Positions 41,201 through 55,560 of a DNA stretch of 64,000 bases are shown here, piece after piece. The DNA comes from Eledone cirrhosa (taxonomy: Eukaryota). Under the pieces are notes generated by a model. It saw nothing but the letters and a program-made list of their open reading frames with translations. It ran no database searches and had not been told where the DNA came from. Made by a program: the position numbers and the translations under genes. Within the stretch, counting starts at the first letter, position 1; each line of letters starts with the position of its first letter. Location: positions 307,086,001 through 307,150,000 of the forward strand of contig OZ024740.1 in assembly GCA_964016885.1 (NCBI GenBank). Direction: 5' to 3'.

Positions 41201-41325
41201 GGGTTTTCTCTGGAGTAGTATTGCGGACGAACTTAGGTGTGGTTTATTTATGTTCTGTAGGGTATTGTCTACTGTTTTTTTTGTGTTCTTTGTACTTAAG
41301 TTCTTAGTGTTTTCGTTTAACCTTC

Positions 41326-41356
<31 letters not shown>

Positions 41357-41654
41357 AGATCTCGAGTGAAATTGAGAGTAACCACAATAAAAACGGTACT
41401 CAATACAATAGTAGAGTGTAAATCTAATTATTTAATATAGAAATGGTTTCTACAGGACTAGAACTGTTTCATTCATATGAAATCATCAGGAATATCCTGA
41501 TGATTTCATACAAATGAAACAGTGCTGGGGTAGCCATATATCTATATCTATATATATATAGGCAAAAGGGATATTTAATTTGTTGGTAATTCAACAAATA
41601 TAAATGTTTATAACTGATTCAAAGCACTCAACAACTTTCTGGAGTATAATATTC

Positions 41655-41907
41655 AATGATATTAAATAAATGGAAACTATATTTATAAAACCATATTTAT
41701 TCTATTATATATATTTCAAGGGTACCAAAACTTTGGTACGCTCTCTTCAGATAAAATACAAAGTTTGTTTTATAAATGTTGACATATCCAGGAATAGGAT
41801 CTTAATGGTTCAAGTTATTCCAGGAATAAAGTTTTGGTACCCTTGAAATATATATAATAGAATAAATATGGTTTTATAAATATAGTTTCCATTTATTTAA
41901 TATCATT
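41655..41907. repeat. Inverted repeat with ~79-bp arms overlapping a hammerhead-like core
   Basis: 41655-41733 / 41829-41907. Minus strand CTGAAGA-GAGCGTACC-AAAGTTTT-GGTACCCTT-GAAAT. Confidence 0.75.
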
Positions 41908-41953
41908 AATCATCATCATCATCATTTTACGTCCGCTTTTCCCTGCTTGCAAG

Positions 41954-41991
<38 letters not shown>

Positions 41992-42711
41992 TGCAAATGC
42001 CACAATACGAATATACACTTTGTTAGCACTCTGAGACAGGCTTTGCTTGAGACACGTTCTGACCATATCTCATTGAGTGAGTAATTGTGAACAAATGGGT
42101 TTATGGCAAATACTCACTATAACCTTTTCAATATATATATTATATATGAATGCAAAAGGCAAACAGAAATAACAAAGCAAATGGCAAAGTACAATGAAGA
42201 AATATATTATTACTTTTACGCTTGATATAATAGGAAAAATGTCTTAATGTTTTGGATGCTAGTCCTTCATCAGAAAATAGAATGAGAAATTAAAGAAGAA
42301 ATAGAAACAATAGAGATGGGCAAAGTTGGAAATAAAAAAAAAATTCTTTAAGAGAAAAAAGCAGGTCTATTCATGTCACCATCTCTGGGTATATATATAT
42401 ATATATTAGTGTCTTTACTGGACCTTTTGTCTGATTCTCCATTGTGATCCTGTCTCTATTTTATACTCCTGAAGAAGGACTTAAGCCCGAGATTTCAAAC
42501 TTTCTTTCCTCTTTCCAATATAAAGTGTGAAACTAATAAGACTTTTTGTACCTCTGTTTGTTGTCTCCTTGAACTATATATATATATATGTATAAATTTA
42601 GTCCTGCTGAAGCCATTTTTATATTAAATTTGGTTGTATACACGCTACTAATGTATTGAGTACCTTACTTACTGTGGTTACCCCCGATTGAACCCGACAC
42701 TCTCTCTCTGT

Positions 42712-42755
<44 letters not shown>

Positions 42756-43159
42756 GTTGAAGATATGCACACATAAATCTGTATATATACTCAGGTATTT
42801 ATATGTATATACTTATACATCATCATCATCATCATCGTTTAATGTCCATCTTCCATGTACTTATATTCATGTACTTATATTCTGATTTCTGTGAATCATT
42901 TTTCCAAATGTTATCCACTGAATACCCTATGAATGGAAAAGATGAAAAGCTTGTAATGTCCTTACTGCCTATAGACATTCCAGTAGTTGTTTCATTGTTG
43001 TACAGTCCAGAACATTCCATCTCCCCCAGTTAAGTGATAACTTCACCATGCTCCATGTCCTCACTGTTCCACCATCACCACACCCGGCTTACTCATTAGT
43101 GTCACCATTGACATTTCAATCAATGAACATTTCATGGTGTGCCCTCTACCCATTTAGTT

Positions 43160-43920
43160 GATGGTGTTGTTGTTGTTGTTGACGGTGGTGGTGGTGGTGG
43201 TTGTTGTTGTTGTTGTTGTTGTGATCGTGGTGTTGATGAGGTGATGGTGGTAGTGGTGGTGGTGACGGTGGTGGTGGAGGTGGTGGTGGTTGTGGTGATG
43301 GTGGTGTTGGTGAGGTGGTGGTGGTGATGGTATTGTTGTTAGTGGTGGTGGTGGTGGTGGTGGTTGTGGTGATGGTGGTGTTGGTGAGGTGGTGGTAGTG
43401 GTGGTGGTGGCTGTGGTGGTGGTGATGGTGGTGTTGGTGAGGTGGTGGTAGTGGTGGTGGTGGCTGTGGTGGTGGTGATGGTGGTGTTGGTGAGGTGGTG
43501 GTGGTGGTAGTGGTGGTTGTGGTAAATGTAATAGTGATGCTGGTAATGTTGTTTAGCTATGATGATTATGTTGATGGTGGCGGTGATAGTGGTGATGGTT
43601 GTTGTTGTTGTGGTGGTGATGGTTGTTGTTGTTGTGGTGGTGGTGGTGATAGTGGTGATGGTTGTTGTTGTGGTGGTGGTGGTGGTGGTGATAGTGGTGA
43701 TAGTTGTTGTTGTGTGGTGGTGGTGGTGGTGATGGTAACTAATAGAATGAGTGATAACGATGCTGGTAATGTGGTTTAGCTATGACGATAGATCTGATGG
43801 TGGTGGTGTTGGTGAAAGTGATGTTTGTTGTTGTTGTTGTGGTGGTTGTGGTGGTAACTGTAATAGTATGAGTGATAGTAGTGCTGATAATGTTTAACAA
43901 TGATGATAGTGCTGATGAAC
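43160..43920. repeat. (GGT)n/(GTT)n compound trinucleotide array with embedded minisatellite units
   Basis: Direct reading. Three degenerate copies of GTAATAG..GATGCTGGTAATG..TTAGCTATGATGAT. Confidence 0.9.
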
Positions 43921-44191
43921 ATGATTATGTTTATACTAGTGATGTTGGTGATGAGGATGATAATGTTCAGTTGTTAATGGTGGTGGGGATGGAGATGCTG
44001 AGAATAATGGGTCTGGCTGGGCTGAGAGTGATGTGGTGAAGGTTACATTTTGTTTTTTTTACATTCTCCCTTTCTTCTCATTGAAGAAATGAAAATAATT
44101 TTTTTCCCACCCACAACCAATGAAGCAGGGCAGATTCTGTTGGTAGATAAAGCAAGAAAATAAATTATTTTTATTATAAGCAACATTGCAT

Positions 44192-44500
44192 TCCTGGTGG
44201 TTAGGGTATTTGTCTCACAATTGTAAGGTCATGAGTTCAATTCCTGGTGACATATTGTGTCCTTGAGCAAGACACTTTATTTCACATTGCTCCAGTCCAC
44301 TTAGCTGGCAAAAATGAGTTGTACCAATAATTCAAAGGGCCAGCCTTCTCACATTCTGTGCCATGCTGAATCTCCCTGAGAACTACATTAAGGGTAGATG
44401 TGTCTGTGGAATGTTCAGCCACTTGCATGTTAATTCAACAAGTAGGCTGTTCTGTTGATTGGATCAACTGGAACACTCATTGTTGTAACAACGGAGTGTC
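44192..44500 (+). mobile_element. tRNA-derived CORE-like SINE (family 2 head, different tail)
   Basis: B-box GAGTTCAATTC, GTGTCCTTGAGCAAGACACTTTATTTCACATTGCTCCAG, then a TCAAAGGGCCAGCC..GAGAACTAC..AACTGGAAC body also seen at ~14235-14410. Confidence 0.8.
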
Positions 44501-47500
44501 GGTAATTACATTGCTGGAAACTACTTCTTTGGATTTGCTTATGCACCTTTGTGGCAAATAACAATAACAACAACAACAAATACATAGGTAAAAACAGAAT
44601 TTAGTTTTTTCAGTTCTTTTTTTTTTATCTAAGGTGGCAAATTGAAATGGAGCAGGGTGCCTTGCAGTATTTGTTTTGACTCTTCACACATTATTGTGTG
44701 GCCAACTTTGCTTTTGTTCATTCAGAGGTCACTCAATAAAGTATCAGTCAAGAAATTATGTAACAACAATGAAATAGTTTTTATAGTCATTGAACTTGCT
44801 AGAAATAACAATCAAATCTGCCTCAAGTCAAATTCTATTTTCTTTTTTAAAAAGAAAATGGGAAGGCATATGCAATAATTATTTCTACTTTTGGCACAAG
44901 GCCAGCAATTACCCCAGTGTATTACTGATGCTTTATTTTATCGACCCCATAAGGTCGAAAAGCAAAGCTAACCTCGGTGGGATTTGAACTCAGAATGTAA
45001 AGGGCCATAACTCTATGCTGCAAAGCATAGTGACTGATGCTCTACCGATACTGCCAATCCACTATCCTTAAGACATAAAATAATATAGTCCAATATACAT
45101 TGTTTGAAAAGAGATGGGATTGTCATGATTGGAATGCCTTTGAATGTCTACTCAATCAGGGATGAGATAGGACTAAAAGAACAACAACATTTACTACAGT
45201 TAATTGAGAGTCTCTTATGACCACTCAATTTGTTAGAAACATCTTCAGATTACATTTTGCAGTCTTTAAAACCATATACATTTGATAATGTACTTCTTTA
45301 AAAGCATCTTTAAGTGCATCTGTACTATGTTTCTATTAGTTTAGGCTATTGCTATTACATGTCATATTTCTGAGTATATATATATAGTATGAGACTGGAT
45401 TTGAGGTATAAGCATTTATTTTTTAACAAAGTGCAATAATGTTCTTATCTACTATACCACTGTACATATGCAAAGCCAGTAAAGGATTATGTATATACCT
45501 AAGAATAAGACACCTGATGACAATAGATCAAAACATAGTTTAGATATAAATACTGTAAATATTGATAAAAATTATAATCTTTAATAACAAGTCACCTCAG
45601 AATTTTGACATTTATTGAAGCTTATTCCTTAATATATTTCTTGATAAAATATGAATAGAATATAAGAATTCTAATATCATAATTCTTACACATATACAAA
45701 AATGAAGATAAAAGAATTGGAATTCCAAAGTTGTATTTGTTTAGCAAATGACTTGATCTAAGACCATGTATTGAAACTGAAGTAATTACATTGTGATAGA
45801 GTCATTTCAGCCAGCTAAAAATTCACAAGAACTTATATATTCACTTTCCATTTAATGATAATTTCCAAATATAAAAAAAAATGAAATGAGATGTTATATG
45901 TTTTACCTTAATTTATTTATATGTCCTGATATTTCAAGATTAAAATCTCTTCTTCTAAGGAAAATAAAAGGGACTAATCCACTGTTCGATGGAAATATCA
46001 GGACATATAAATAAATTAAGGTAAAACATATAATATCTTGTTTCATTCTTTATTCGCCCATTTCACACTGTTGTGGCTTTCAAACTTAAAATTTTATAAA
46101 CCATACACAATGCGTCTACAAATTCCTACTATAAAAAAAAATATTAGAAAAATTACATAATCTATCACAGAGATATTTTCTTATACAGAAGGACTATCAT
46201 CATCATCATTATTATCATTTTATATCCATTTTTTCATATTGTCCTAGGGCTGGACAGGTCTGTTCTAGCTCTGCTTTGCCATTTGTCATAGTTCTTCATT
46301 TTTTTTTATGTATGTAACAGAGAAAATTACCAATCTTTGTTGCAGAGTTTATCACATTTTTTATATACATTTTATGGCTAGATGTCCTTTCTATTACTAC
46401 TTCACAGTGTAGACTGGGAACATTTTTTGTACCACACTTCTGCAGCTGTCATCCCCCAAATGCATCACATGTCCTTATCAGTGAAATCTTTTCTTTTGAA
46501 CACAGCAACCGATCCTTTTTATACTCAGGTTTTCTCTCAACTCATTTATGCTTCGTCTTTCATGTCAATAACTATTACACATACATTGTAGCATGTTCAA
46601 CTCATTTCTTTCCAGTCTTCTCAAATTCTTTGTGTCTTATTCCCATACAGTATTAGACTTTGACACACGGATTATAAAATCTGCTTTTCATTCTGAGAGA
46701 GAAACTCTTTGTAGCCAAAAGTGGACAAAACTCCCTAAACATTTTCCAAATCCCTCCTTATTAACATGAAACCACACATTGCCAAACCACATATCATACT
46801 CCTGGGGACCAATGTAATTTATGAATTTCAATGTTATCATGAAAGTTGTGAACTTCATGACCAAAATTGTTATTGGACAAACAAGCACAACACTTTCTCG
46901 TTGGTTAACTATGCACTTACAGCATGGAGCCATCGCAACCCACTCTCATATCAGTACATTAAAAAATTTAGATAAGACTACATTAGTTGATAACTGAGTT
47001 CAAATCCCGCCGAGGTTAACTTTGCCTTTCATCCTTACGGGGTCGATAAAATAAAGTACCAGTAATGTACTGGGCAATTGCTGGCCTTGTGCCAAAAGTA
47101 GAAACAATTATAATTCTATAAGACTTTAATAATATCAGAATATAAATTTAAAAAATTAACACATAGATGATGACGATGATGATGATGATATACCATATGT
47201 GAAACCAAGTATGATAATTGCCATGCTTCAACTATTGAGAAATATTAAATCAGGTGTCCTTGATTTCCTGCCACTAAACTTGCAGCTGTGAAGGCCTTGA
47301 AACATTCATATACAGATGGATTTAGGAACACTATTGTTCCAGATTAAGCGTAAAGAACTAATAGAAAACATTTTTTTTTTAATGAAAATGCTTAAACTGG
47401 AGCACAGTCATGTTTTCAATATAAGCTTGAAAGAAAACTGTTCCTAACTTATACAGATAGAAGCTATGGAGTGGGCAGGCCTAGGAAAACTTGGAATGAG

Positions 47501-47776
47501 GTGATAAAAGCTGATCTTGCATAATTGCACCTGTCAAAGGCAATGACACAGAACCATGATCTCTGGTGCTATGGAATATACAGAAGACCTGCCCTCCCAC
47601 ATGCAGGAACTGAGGCATACATCTAGTATGCACCACCTCCCCTCCCATACACCTCTCTCACTAATCATTCCACCCCTATATCTACCTCTCCATTGCCTTT
47701 CATCCTTACGGGGTCGATAAAATAAAGTGCCAGTAATGTACTGGGTAATTGCTGGTCTTGTCCCAAAAGTAGAAAC

Positions 47777-47809
<33 letters not shown>

Positions 47810-48160
47810 TGAGAGACACATATATATATATACATATATGTATGTATATATATAGAGAGAGAGGGGAGAAGGAGAGAGAGAGAGAGTATGTGGTGCTGAG
47901 ACCAAAGAGACCACTAATCACGGGAGTACTTGATACATGGGGAGATGCTGAGCGAGTATAGAGATATGTAAATGGCCGAGCTGTTGCTATTTCAACAGCT
48001 AATTCTGGCTTGGAACTAGCTGCTGAAACAGCAAGAGGTCAGATTTCAGGCCCCAACTCTTTCTAATATAGTCATAATCTATTATCCAAGTATTGAGTAC
48101 TATGTTGGATAATGGTCTTAACTATTTTAATACTGGCTTAATCCTGTTATATATATATAT

Positions 48161-48343
48161 ATACTACTAAAACTCTGTGATTGCTTGCTTGTCTGTAATG
48201 TAATACAACCAAAATGGCGCATAATGGGAAAATACTTTGAAAGGAAGTTGCGCCTGAAATGGGAATACAAATGGAATAAAACAAGTTTTGTGTAAATCGA
48301 AGCACGGGTTCACGAGATATGGGGTTTTTCCAGGTACCTTCAT

Positions 48344-48425
<82 letters not shown>

Positions 48426-48682
48426 ATAGAGAGAAAGAGATAGTGGTTGTGAGAGAGTCGATTGAAAGAGAGACATAGAGAGAGGGAGAGGAGACAGAGA
48501 AGGAGAGTGGAAGAGAGAGAGAGCTGGTGGTGTTGTGTATTTATATATGTGTGTGTGTGTGTATATATATGTGCATGTGTATATGTGTCTATGTGTCTAT
48601 GACCAGTGTATATAGATCACAAGCACCCACATATATATATATACACACACTCACATATATATATATGTATACAAACACATAC

Positions 48683-48739
<57 letters not shown>

Positions 48740-48855
48740 CATATATATATATATATGGGCCTTCCAATTTCATTTCACATTATATACATGTCTGTGTATA
48801 TTTTAATTATTTAAAAATTATTATTTAGTGAACCAACGGGTCACGAGTGGTCTAG
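48161..48855 (+). mobile_element. Probable non-autonomous Helitron containing (GA)n and (TA)n
   Basis: 5' TATACTACTAAAA-type start. 3' hairpin GTGAACC-AAC-GGGTCAC followed 7 nt later by CTAG|T. Confidence 0.55.
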
Positions 48856-49108
48856 TTGACATATATATCTATATATATATACTGACATTGATAAATATGC
48901 TGGGTCCATCAACTCCTTAAATCCCGCCGAGGTTAACTTTGCCTTTCATCCTTACGGGGTCGATAAAATATAAAGTACCAGTAATACACTGGGTATTTGC
49001 TGGCCTTGTGCCAAACGTAGAAACAATTATTATATATATATATATATATATACATATCACTGTACAGTGGTAGTGCTAGTGCCACAACAAAAAGCATTAT
49101 TTTTTACA

Positions 49109-49300
49109 TGGCAGTGGATTGGCAGTATCGGTAGAGGGTCGGACGCCATGCTTTGATGCATAGAGTTACGGCCTTTATCATTCTGAGTTCAAATCCCGCC
49201 GAGGTTAACTTTGCCTTTCATCCTTACGGGGTTGATAAAATAAAGTACCAGTTATGTACTGGTAATTGCTGGCCTTATGCCAAAAGTAGAAACAATTATT
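49109..49300 (+). mobile_element. SINE family 1, full length
   Basis: A/B boxes and body as at 4978. Confidence 0.9.
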
Positions 49301-49308
49301 TTTTACAT

Positions 49309-49655
49309 GGAGGCACATGGTTTAGTGGTTACAGCATTGGCCTTGCAATCGAAAGGTTGTGAGTTCAATTCTCAGACCGGGTGATGTGTTGTTTCCTTGA
49401 GCAAGACACTTTATTTCACATTGCTCCAGTTTACTCAGCTGTAGAAATGAGATGATAGGGACTGGGGTCCATATCATTCCACTGCAAAGTGGTCGTGGAG
49501 GTGCTACGGCAAAAAAGCACCCAGCACTCACTGTAAATGAGGTTGGTCTTAGGAAGGGCATCCAGCTGTAGAAATCAAGCCAGAATCAGTTCCCGTCCCA
49601 CCCTTGCAAGCAGGGAAAAGTGGACATAAAATGAAATGAAATGAATGAAATGAAT
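49309..49655 (+). mobile_element. SINE family 2, full length: tRNA head + CORE-like body + RTE-derived tail
   Basis: A-box TGGTTTAGTGG, B-box GAGTTCAATTC, CORE-like segment, family B pseudoknot module, family C terminal hairpin, (ATGAA)n tail. Minus-strand copy at 55906-56190. Confidence 0.85.
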
Positions 49656-49973
49656 GGCACCACTACTACCACCTTACAGAGTGGACTAGGTACTTATTCG
49701 TCAAGGCAAGAGTACACACTGTAATGTAGTTGGCATTATGAGGGACATCTGGTCATAGAAAATCAAATTTAAAAAAATGTATCATATGAGCAAGATAGGG
49801 TCACCAGTCTGTCTAATATCATTATGTGACAGCCTGTCTAACCCATGTATGCATGGAAAAAAGGGAGATGATAATTATGATGGTGTATATATATATGTGT
49901 GTATGTGGATGTGTGTGTGTATTTATATATAAGTGTGCGTGTGTGTATATGTGTGTATATATGTATGTGTGTA

Positions 49974-50039
<66 letters not shown>

Positions 50040-50549
50040 TAAATGTCTGGTTGGTATGACTTTGATCATTGGTCTGCTGGATTAAGGCTGACTAGAAACT
50101 TACAAACAAGATTGAAACTACACATGCATGTCCTCCCAGCTGACCACACATGAGTTGCTGTGTTGTAGTTTAGCTCCAGGTTAACACTGATCAAGTAGGC
50201 CTATAATCAAAGGCATTCCAGCTGTGATCAATCTTTTTCTTATTTGCAAAAAACCCATTCTGTACAAGTCATGCTTTGTCAGATAATAAATATATGTATA
50301 TATATTTTTTTAAAAATTACTTTCACTCTGTGACATAGTTTAAGAATATCTTGCTCCATCACTGATTAAAGTTCATATATAACTAACAAAGGAAAAATTT
50401 AATCGTCATCATAATCATCATCATCACCATCACTATCATCATCATCATCATCATTTTACGTCCACTTTTCCATGCTCACATGCTTTGGACAGGCCATTTT
50501 TAGCATAGCATCTCTCCACTCATTGTGTTCCTTCATTATCTTCTCTATA

Positions 50550-50732
50550 AGCAGGGATTGGCAGTATCAGTAAAAGGTCGGATGCCATGCTTTCCAGCAT
50601 AGTTACGTCCCTTTACGGTCTGAGTTCAAATCCCGCCAAGGTTAACTTTGCCTTTCATCCTTATGGGGTAGATAAAATAAAGTACCAGTAATTCACTGGG
50701 TAATTGCTGGCCTTGTGCCAAAAGTAGAAACA
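50550..50732 (+). mobile_element. SINE family 1 nested in an old RTE family C 3' end (~50400-50930, minus)
   Basis: 15-bp TSD ATTATCTTCTCTATA at 50535-50549 and 50733-50747. Confidence 0.9.
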
Positions 50733-53105
50733 ATTATCTTCTCTATATGCTTCAGCAGTTTGAGATCAGCTCTTGCCACATCCACCCAGGTCTGCCTTGG
50801 TCATCCTTTACTGTGGCTTCCTTCCACTGGGATTTCCTAGCATCATCCATTCACATTACATGTCCATACAAACATAGTCTTCTCTTTTGCATACTACCTG
50901 TTTCCTCTATACCTAAGTTTTCTCTAAGTTATCCATTCTTTGTTGCTTCAAAACAATTCATTTAAATTATGTAACATTTGCACTAAAAGGAGAAAGAAGG
51001 AAAGAAATTAACAAAAGTATAGAGGAGATGTGATTTGACGAGCTCTACACCTCTTTCGATGTGGTACCTCCCAGCTGTACTCCATGGACAAAAGAACAGC
51101 TAGCAATACTGGTTGCATCAGCTACTCCTTCTCATGGAGTTCCTTCATCAGGTGGGATGCACTTCCCAAATTTGCTGAGAGAAACAGCAATTTAGGGACC
51201 AAGGAAATCAGATGTCTTGGTGGCAACTGGTACAATTCCCTGTATTTCTCTATATTTCTCTCCTCTATGTTATGAGCAGCTGTGCCCTAGTTTGTGGCCA
51301 ATGTCATAAGGTTTGAGGCAGAGAATGTGTCAGCATGTTGTGTCCCAGATTACAGATTTATCTCCCTTGAACAGGAAGAGGGCTGTCATCTGGTTGAGAC
51401 CAGCAGGCTCTAGTTGTAATGGGAGACTAGCTTGTATTGTGGCAACAAAAGAGATGTAGTCCAAACTCATTGAGCATGGCTTCTCAACAGCATTTGTGTG
51501 GCTCACACATGTGGAGGCTAAGTTGTTGGGCCACTCCAATACTGGTTCACTCATCATCAAAAAGGGCACCAAATTGAGCCCCATGGCACTAAGGCTGAAT
51601 GGAGGCATTATTGACCCAAATAACCAGAGCTGACTCAAGTTTCTGGTCTGCAATTATTTATGGTATATGACATTTTTTCTTGGGATTTTTTAACTCTTTT
51701 TTTTTCCGACTATTTTTGTTCACCAGTAAGACACTGCAAATGAGATGTGTCACCTTTTTCAATTGGTCAACTAAGTTGTTAGCCCTGATTTACCTATTGG
51801 TTTCAATTTACAATAGATTAAGTGGAAGATCAACACCATTATTCTTTCTAAATTTGGAGAGTCTGTGAAGGGTTCTTTTCATTACTCTTTATTTCAACTG
51901 TAGTAAAAAAAAATGGCCTTGAATACCTGATTTTTGTATACATAAGAATACATTGTCTGATGTATGCTGCCATTTTTATGATGGTAGGGTATGATTAAAG
52001 TGAATGGAATTTGGCAAGTCGAGTAAATGCATTGTTGGCTTGAACTATGGTAAATGGAGATTAAAGGTAAGTAAACATACCAGCAGCTCCTCTTCCCAGA
52101 GATTGTCCACTTCCTTTTTGCACTGGTCGCCATTGAGATCTTTGGCATACATGGATCCCATACTGCTGAGCTCCTCTGCAAGATTGAAATGTCAGTGGCC
52201 AGTCTGAGGAAGGAGTCCTGTGAGGTGAGGTGACTGTTGCAGCAGGTGTTGCTAGTCATTGTCTGTGAGAATGTTTTTGCGGTTTTGCAGCTCCCTAGGC
52301 CCAGAGCCCCTCCCCCTCCCCCGTCCTTATTCCCCCTCCCCATTCATTTGTGACACTAGAGTCCTTGCCTTTCACTTCCTTTTTTATTTTTCTATTTTCT
52401 TATTTTACATTCCATTCTTTCTTCTCAATCTATTTTTTTCTTTTTGTATTCTGCAGCATTGTAAAACCAAATAGTTAACAGTCATGCAGCAGTATTCTGT
52501 ATAAAATATGTGAAATCACTTTCTCACATTCACTCCTTTTATTAAATAGTTATTTATTTTATAGAACACCCAGAAAGGAAACAGAAACAAAATATAGATA
52601 TGTATAAAAAAATTTAAGTTGTAGATTGTTCTAAATATGTTTCCTTTAATAAATGATGCCAATATGATTGTAGCTATGTTGATTGATATTTTAAAGTGAT
52701 TTAGAAGCAGAGTCACCTCAACAAACTCTATTCATATCAGCCATTGGAAAGGAAGTAATTTTCCACACCCTTGATGTTGAAGAATAGCAGCTAGAGCTTT
52801 CTGTTGGAGCTTTCAATTAGTTACAATGAATGGAGAGTTCAACAAAAAGCAAGAAGTAGCTTAACAGAGTGCACTCACCCAGATCCAGTTGGATGAGTAT
52901 CTGGACTGGCAGAAATCATTTAATGAGCATTGGTCAGTATAATGTACAGTATGTATGCTTCACTGACCAAGCCATTTTAATGCTCCTCCTTCTTCCTCAT
53001 CCCCTCTCTCTCTATATATATACATATATATATATATACTATACATATATATAAAATGTAATTATATTTACAATGTATATATATATACAATATATGTATA
53101 CTTAC

Positions 53106-53212
<107 letters not shown>

Positions 53213-53704
53213 ATATATACATACAATATATACTATATATGTATATATATATACAATATATATATATTTACTATATTATATATATACTATATATATTAAT
53301 ATATATATATATATATATATTATATATTATAGTTGAAACAAAAAACAAAAAAAACAACGAGGAAGCAAAGAGGCAGTACAAAATGTTAATATTAGTTTCA
53401 CGCTTGAGAGTTGGGGGTGGATATATATATAGTCCGGGAAATATTATAGGCACCCGTTTTACATGTGTTGTATTGAAGCGAATATCTATGTGTATACTCT
53501 GGGAATATATCCTACATTACCTATTGAGTACGCTGAGATACAACCGGTCCTGGCATTGATAAATATGCTGGGTCCGTCAATTCATTATTATATATATATA
53601 TATATATATATATCTGTTAGTTCTTTCGTTACTTTGGTATTGTGTTAGATTTTGCCTACCACAATGTTCAATTTGTCAAGCTATTTAAACGTATGTTATT
53701 ACTC

Positions 53705-54074
53705 TAGCGAAACCTACAGTCAGTAGGCACCTCTAACAAAAATACACCCCAGCCCCACTACCTCCACCCCATCCACACCACCCCTTCCAATGTAAAGTTA
53801 TGTTGGTACCACAACATCCAGTCCGAAACAAATGAGGGCGTGTAGGTGTCACGACAAAAAAACACACAGTCCACGGTGTAATGTGGCCGTGTAGGTAGCA
53901 CGGTAAAAACCTCCCAGTCCACACTGTAAACGTGGTTGGTGTTAGGAAGGGCATCCAGCCATAGAAAACCTGCCAGACAGTCCTATGCGAGCAAGACAAC
54001 CAATCTTGCCTCAAGTGGGAAAATTCCCGTCCAAACCCATGCTAGCGTGGAAGATGGACGTTAAACGATGATGA

Positions 54075-54078
<4 letters not shown>
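53705..54078 (+). mobile_element. RTE family A 3' UTR and tail
   Basis: Matches 2230-2609. The tail runs into (TA)n. Confidence 0.9.
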
Positions 54079-54121
<43 letters not shown>

Positions 54122-54140
54122 GTATATATTATATATATAT

Positions 54141-55560
54141 ATCATCATCATCATCACCGTTTAATGTCCATTTTCCATGCTAGTATGGGTTAGACAGGTT
54201 GTCCTGCTTGAGGCAAGTCGAGGCCAGATAACATGACTTGCTCATACAAAACCAATTTTGTCTTGATTTCTATGGCTGGATGCCCTTCCTAACACCATCC
54301 ACATTTATAGTGAGTACTGGGTGCTTTTTGTCATGACAGCTACATGACCACTTTACAGTGTGGGCTGGGGGTTTTTGTGGGAAAGGTGGCTATATGGGTG
54401 TGTGTGAGGGTGGAGTGTTAGGACGTGGGAGGTATGTGGAAGGGGGGATGAATGTGACTGGTGCATACCAGATGTATGCTTCAGCCTGTGCTCATAGGAA
54501 GTTGGGTCTTTTGTATTACTCCATAAATCCAGAGATCGCGATCCTGTGTCATCACCAAGTCTTCCCGGGTCTTCCTACTCCATAGCTTCCATCAACTTTG
54601 AGTGCTTGGCATCTTTTTATGCAGCTGTCATCCTTCATACACATCACATATCCATACCAATGCAATCTCCTCTCCTGTACATTGCATCTGATTCCTCTTA
54701 TGCCTAGTTTCTCAGTTCATTTATGCTTTGCCATTCATACATCCATCGAATCATACAAGCTTCATTACTTTTCAATCATCATAAGTCCTCTGCACACAGC
54801 ACACAGACCTCACTACAATGCAGCATTGCTGCTCGTAGACATGCGTCATCCAGTCTGCCTTTCATTTTGAGGGTAAAGCCTTTTAAAGATCACTCTGGCT
54901 ACTGTACTTTCAGAAGACTCATCTTCACTGCTAATTTGGTTAGCTAGGTAACAGAGGCTGTCTACCACTTCTACTGAGCTTTCCCACAATTTGATAGTGC
55001 TTTTTTCCTGTGATTCGTTGGCTACTCACTGCTCTGGTGCAATTGCTACATGTAACACCTACGTTCTTAGCTAAACTACCTGAGATCCCACTATATCTCT
55101 TGTGTACACATAGTTTGCATTTGGGACAGTGGATGGAATTTCTACCTACCTTTCCTCCATACTGAGCAAGGTCATTTCTCTGAGGGAATCGTGGATCTGT
55201 TTTCTTTCTACTTACTAGGACCTAAGTCTTTATCAGGTTGATTTTAAAACCCTCTGTTTCTAGGCCATGCTTTCAGCTATGAGTGTGAGATCATCTATAT
55301 ACATGAGCTCCCATGGGCAGCTGGTCTTAAACTCCCTGCCATAGAGTGCAGAACGATAATAAACAGGAGAAGGCTAAGAACAGAGCTCCAGTGGATGCCA
55401 ACCTGCACGTTAAATTCCTCACTATATACATGGATTGTACAGCCTTCAAAAGCCACTCTTCTACTAGTTTTCTAAGAGTCCACCAGATAATGGTACAGGG
55501 GACTCTGTCAAAAGCTTTCTCATGATCAACATATGCCAGGTAAAGTGGCTAACTTCTCCT
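54141..55560 (-). mobile_element. Older RTE (family B-like), decayed
   Basis: Degenerate RT, PHD finger, C-terminus, 3' UTR and tail. Confidence 0.85.

Noticed and set aside
43139-43779. Poly-Val/Gly/Cys ORFs on the plus strand
   Set aside because: Translations of (GGT)n/(GTT)n repeats.
49309-49385. tRNA genes at SINE heads
   Set aside because: A/B boxes are present, but there is no complete cloverleaf and each continues into a SINE body.
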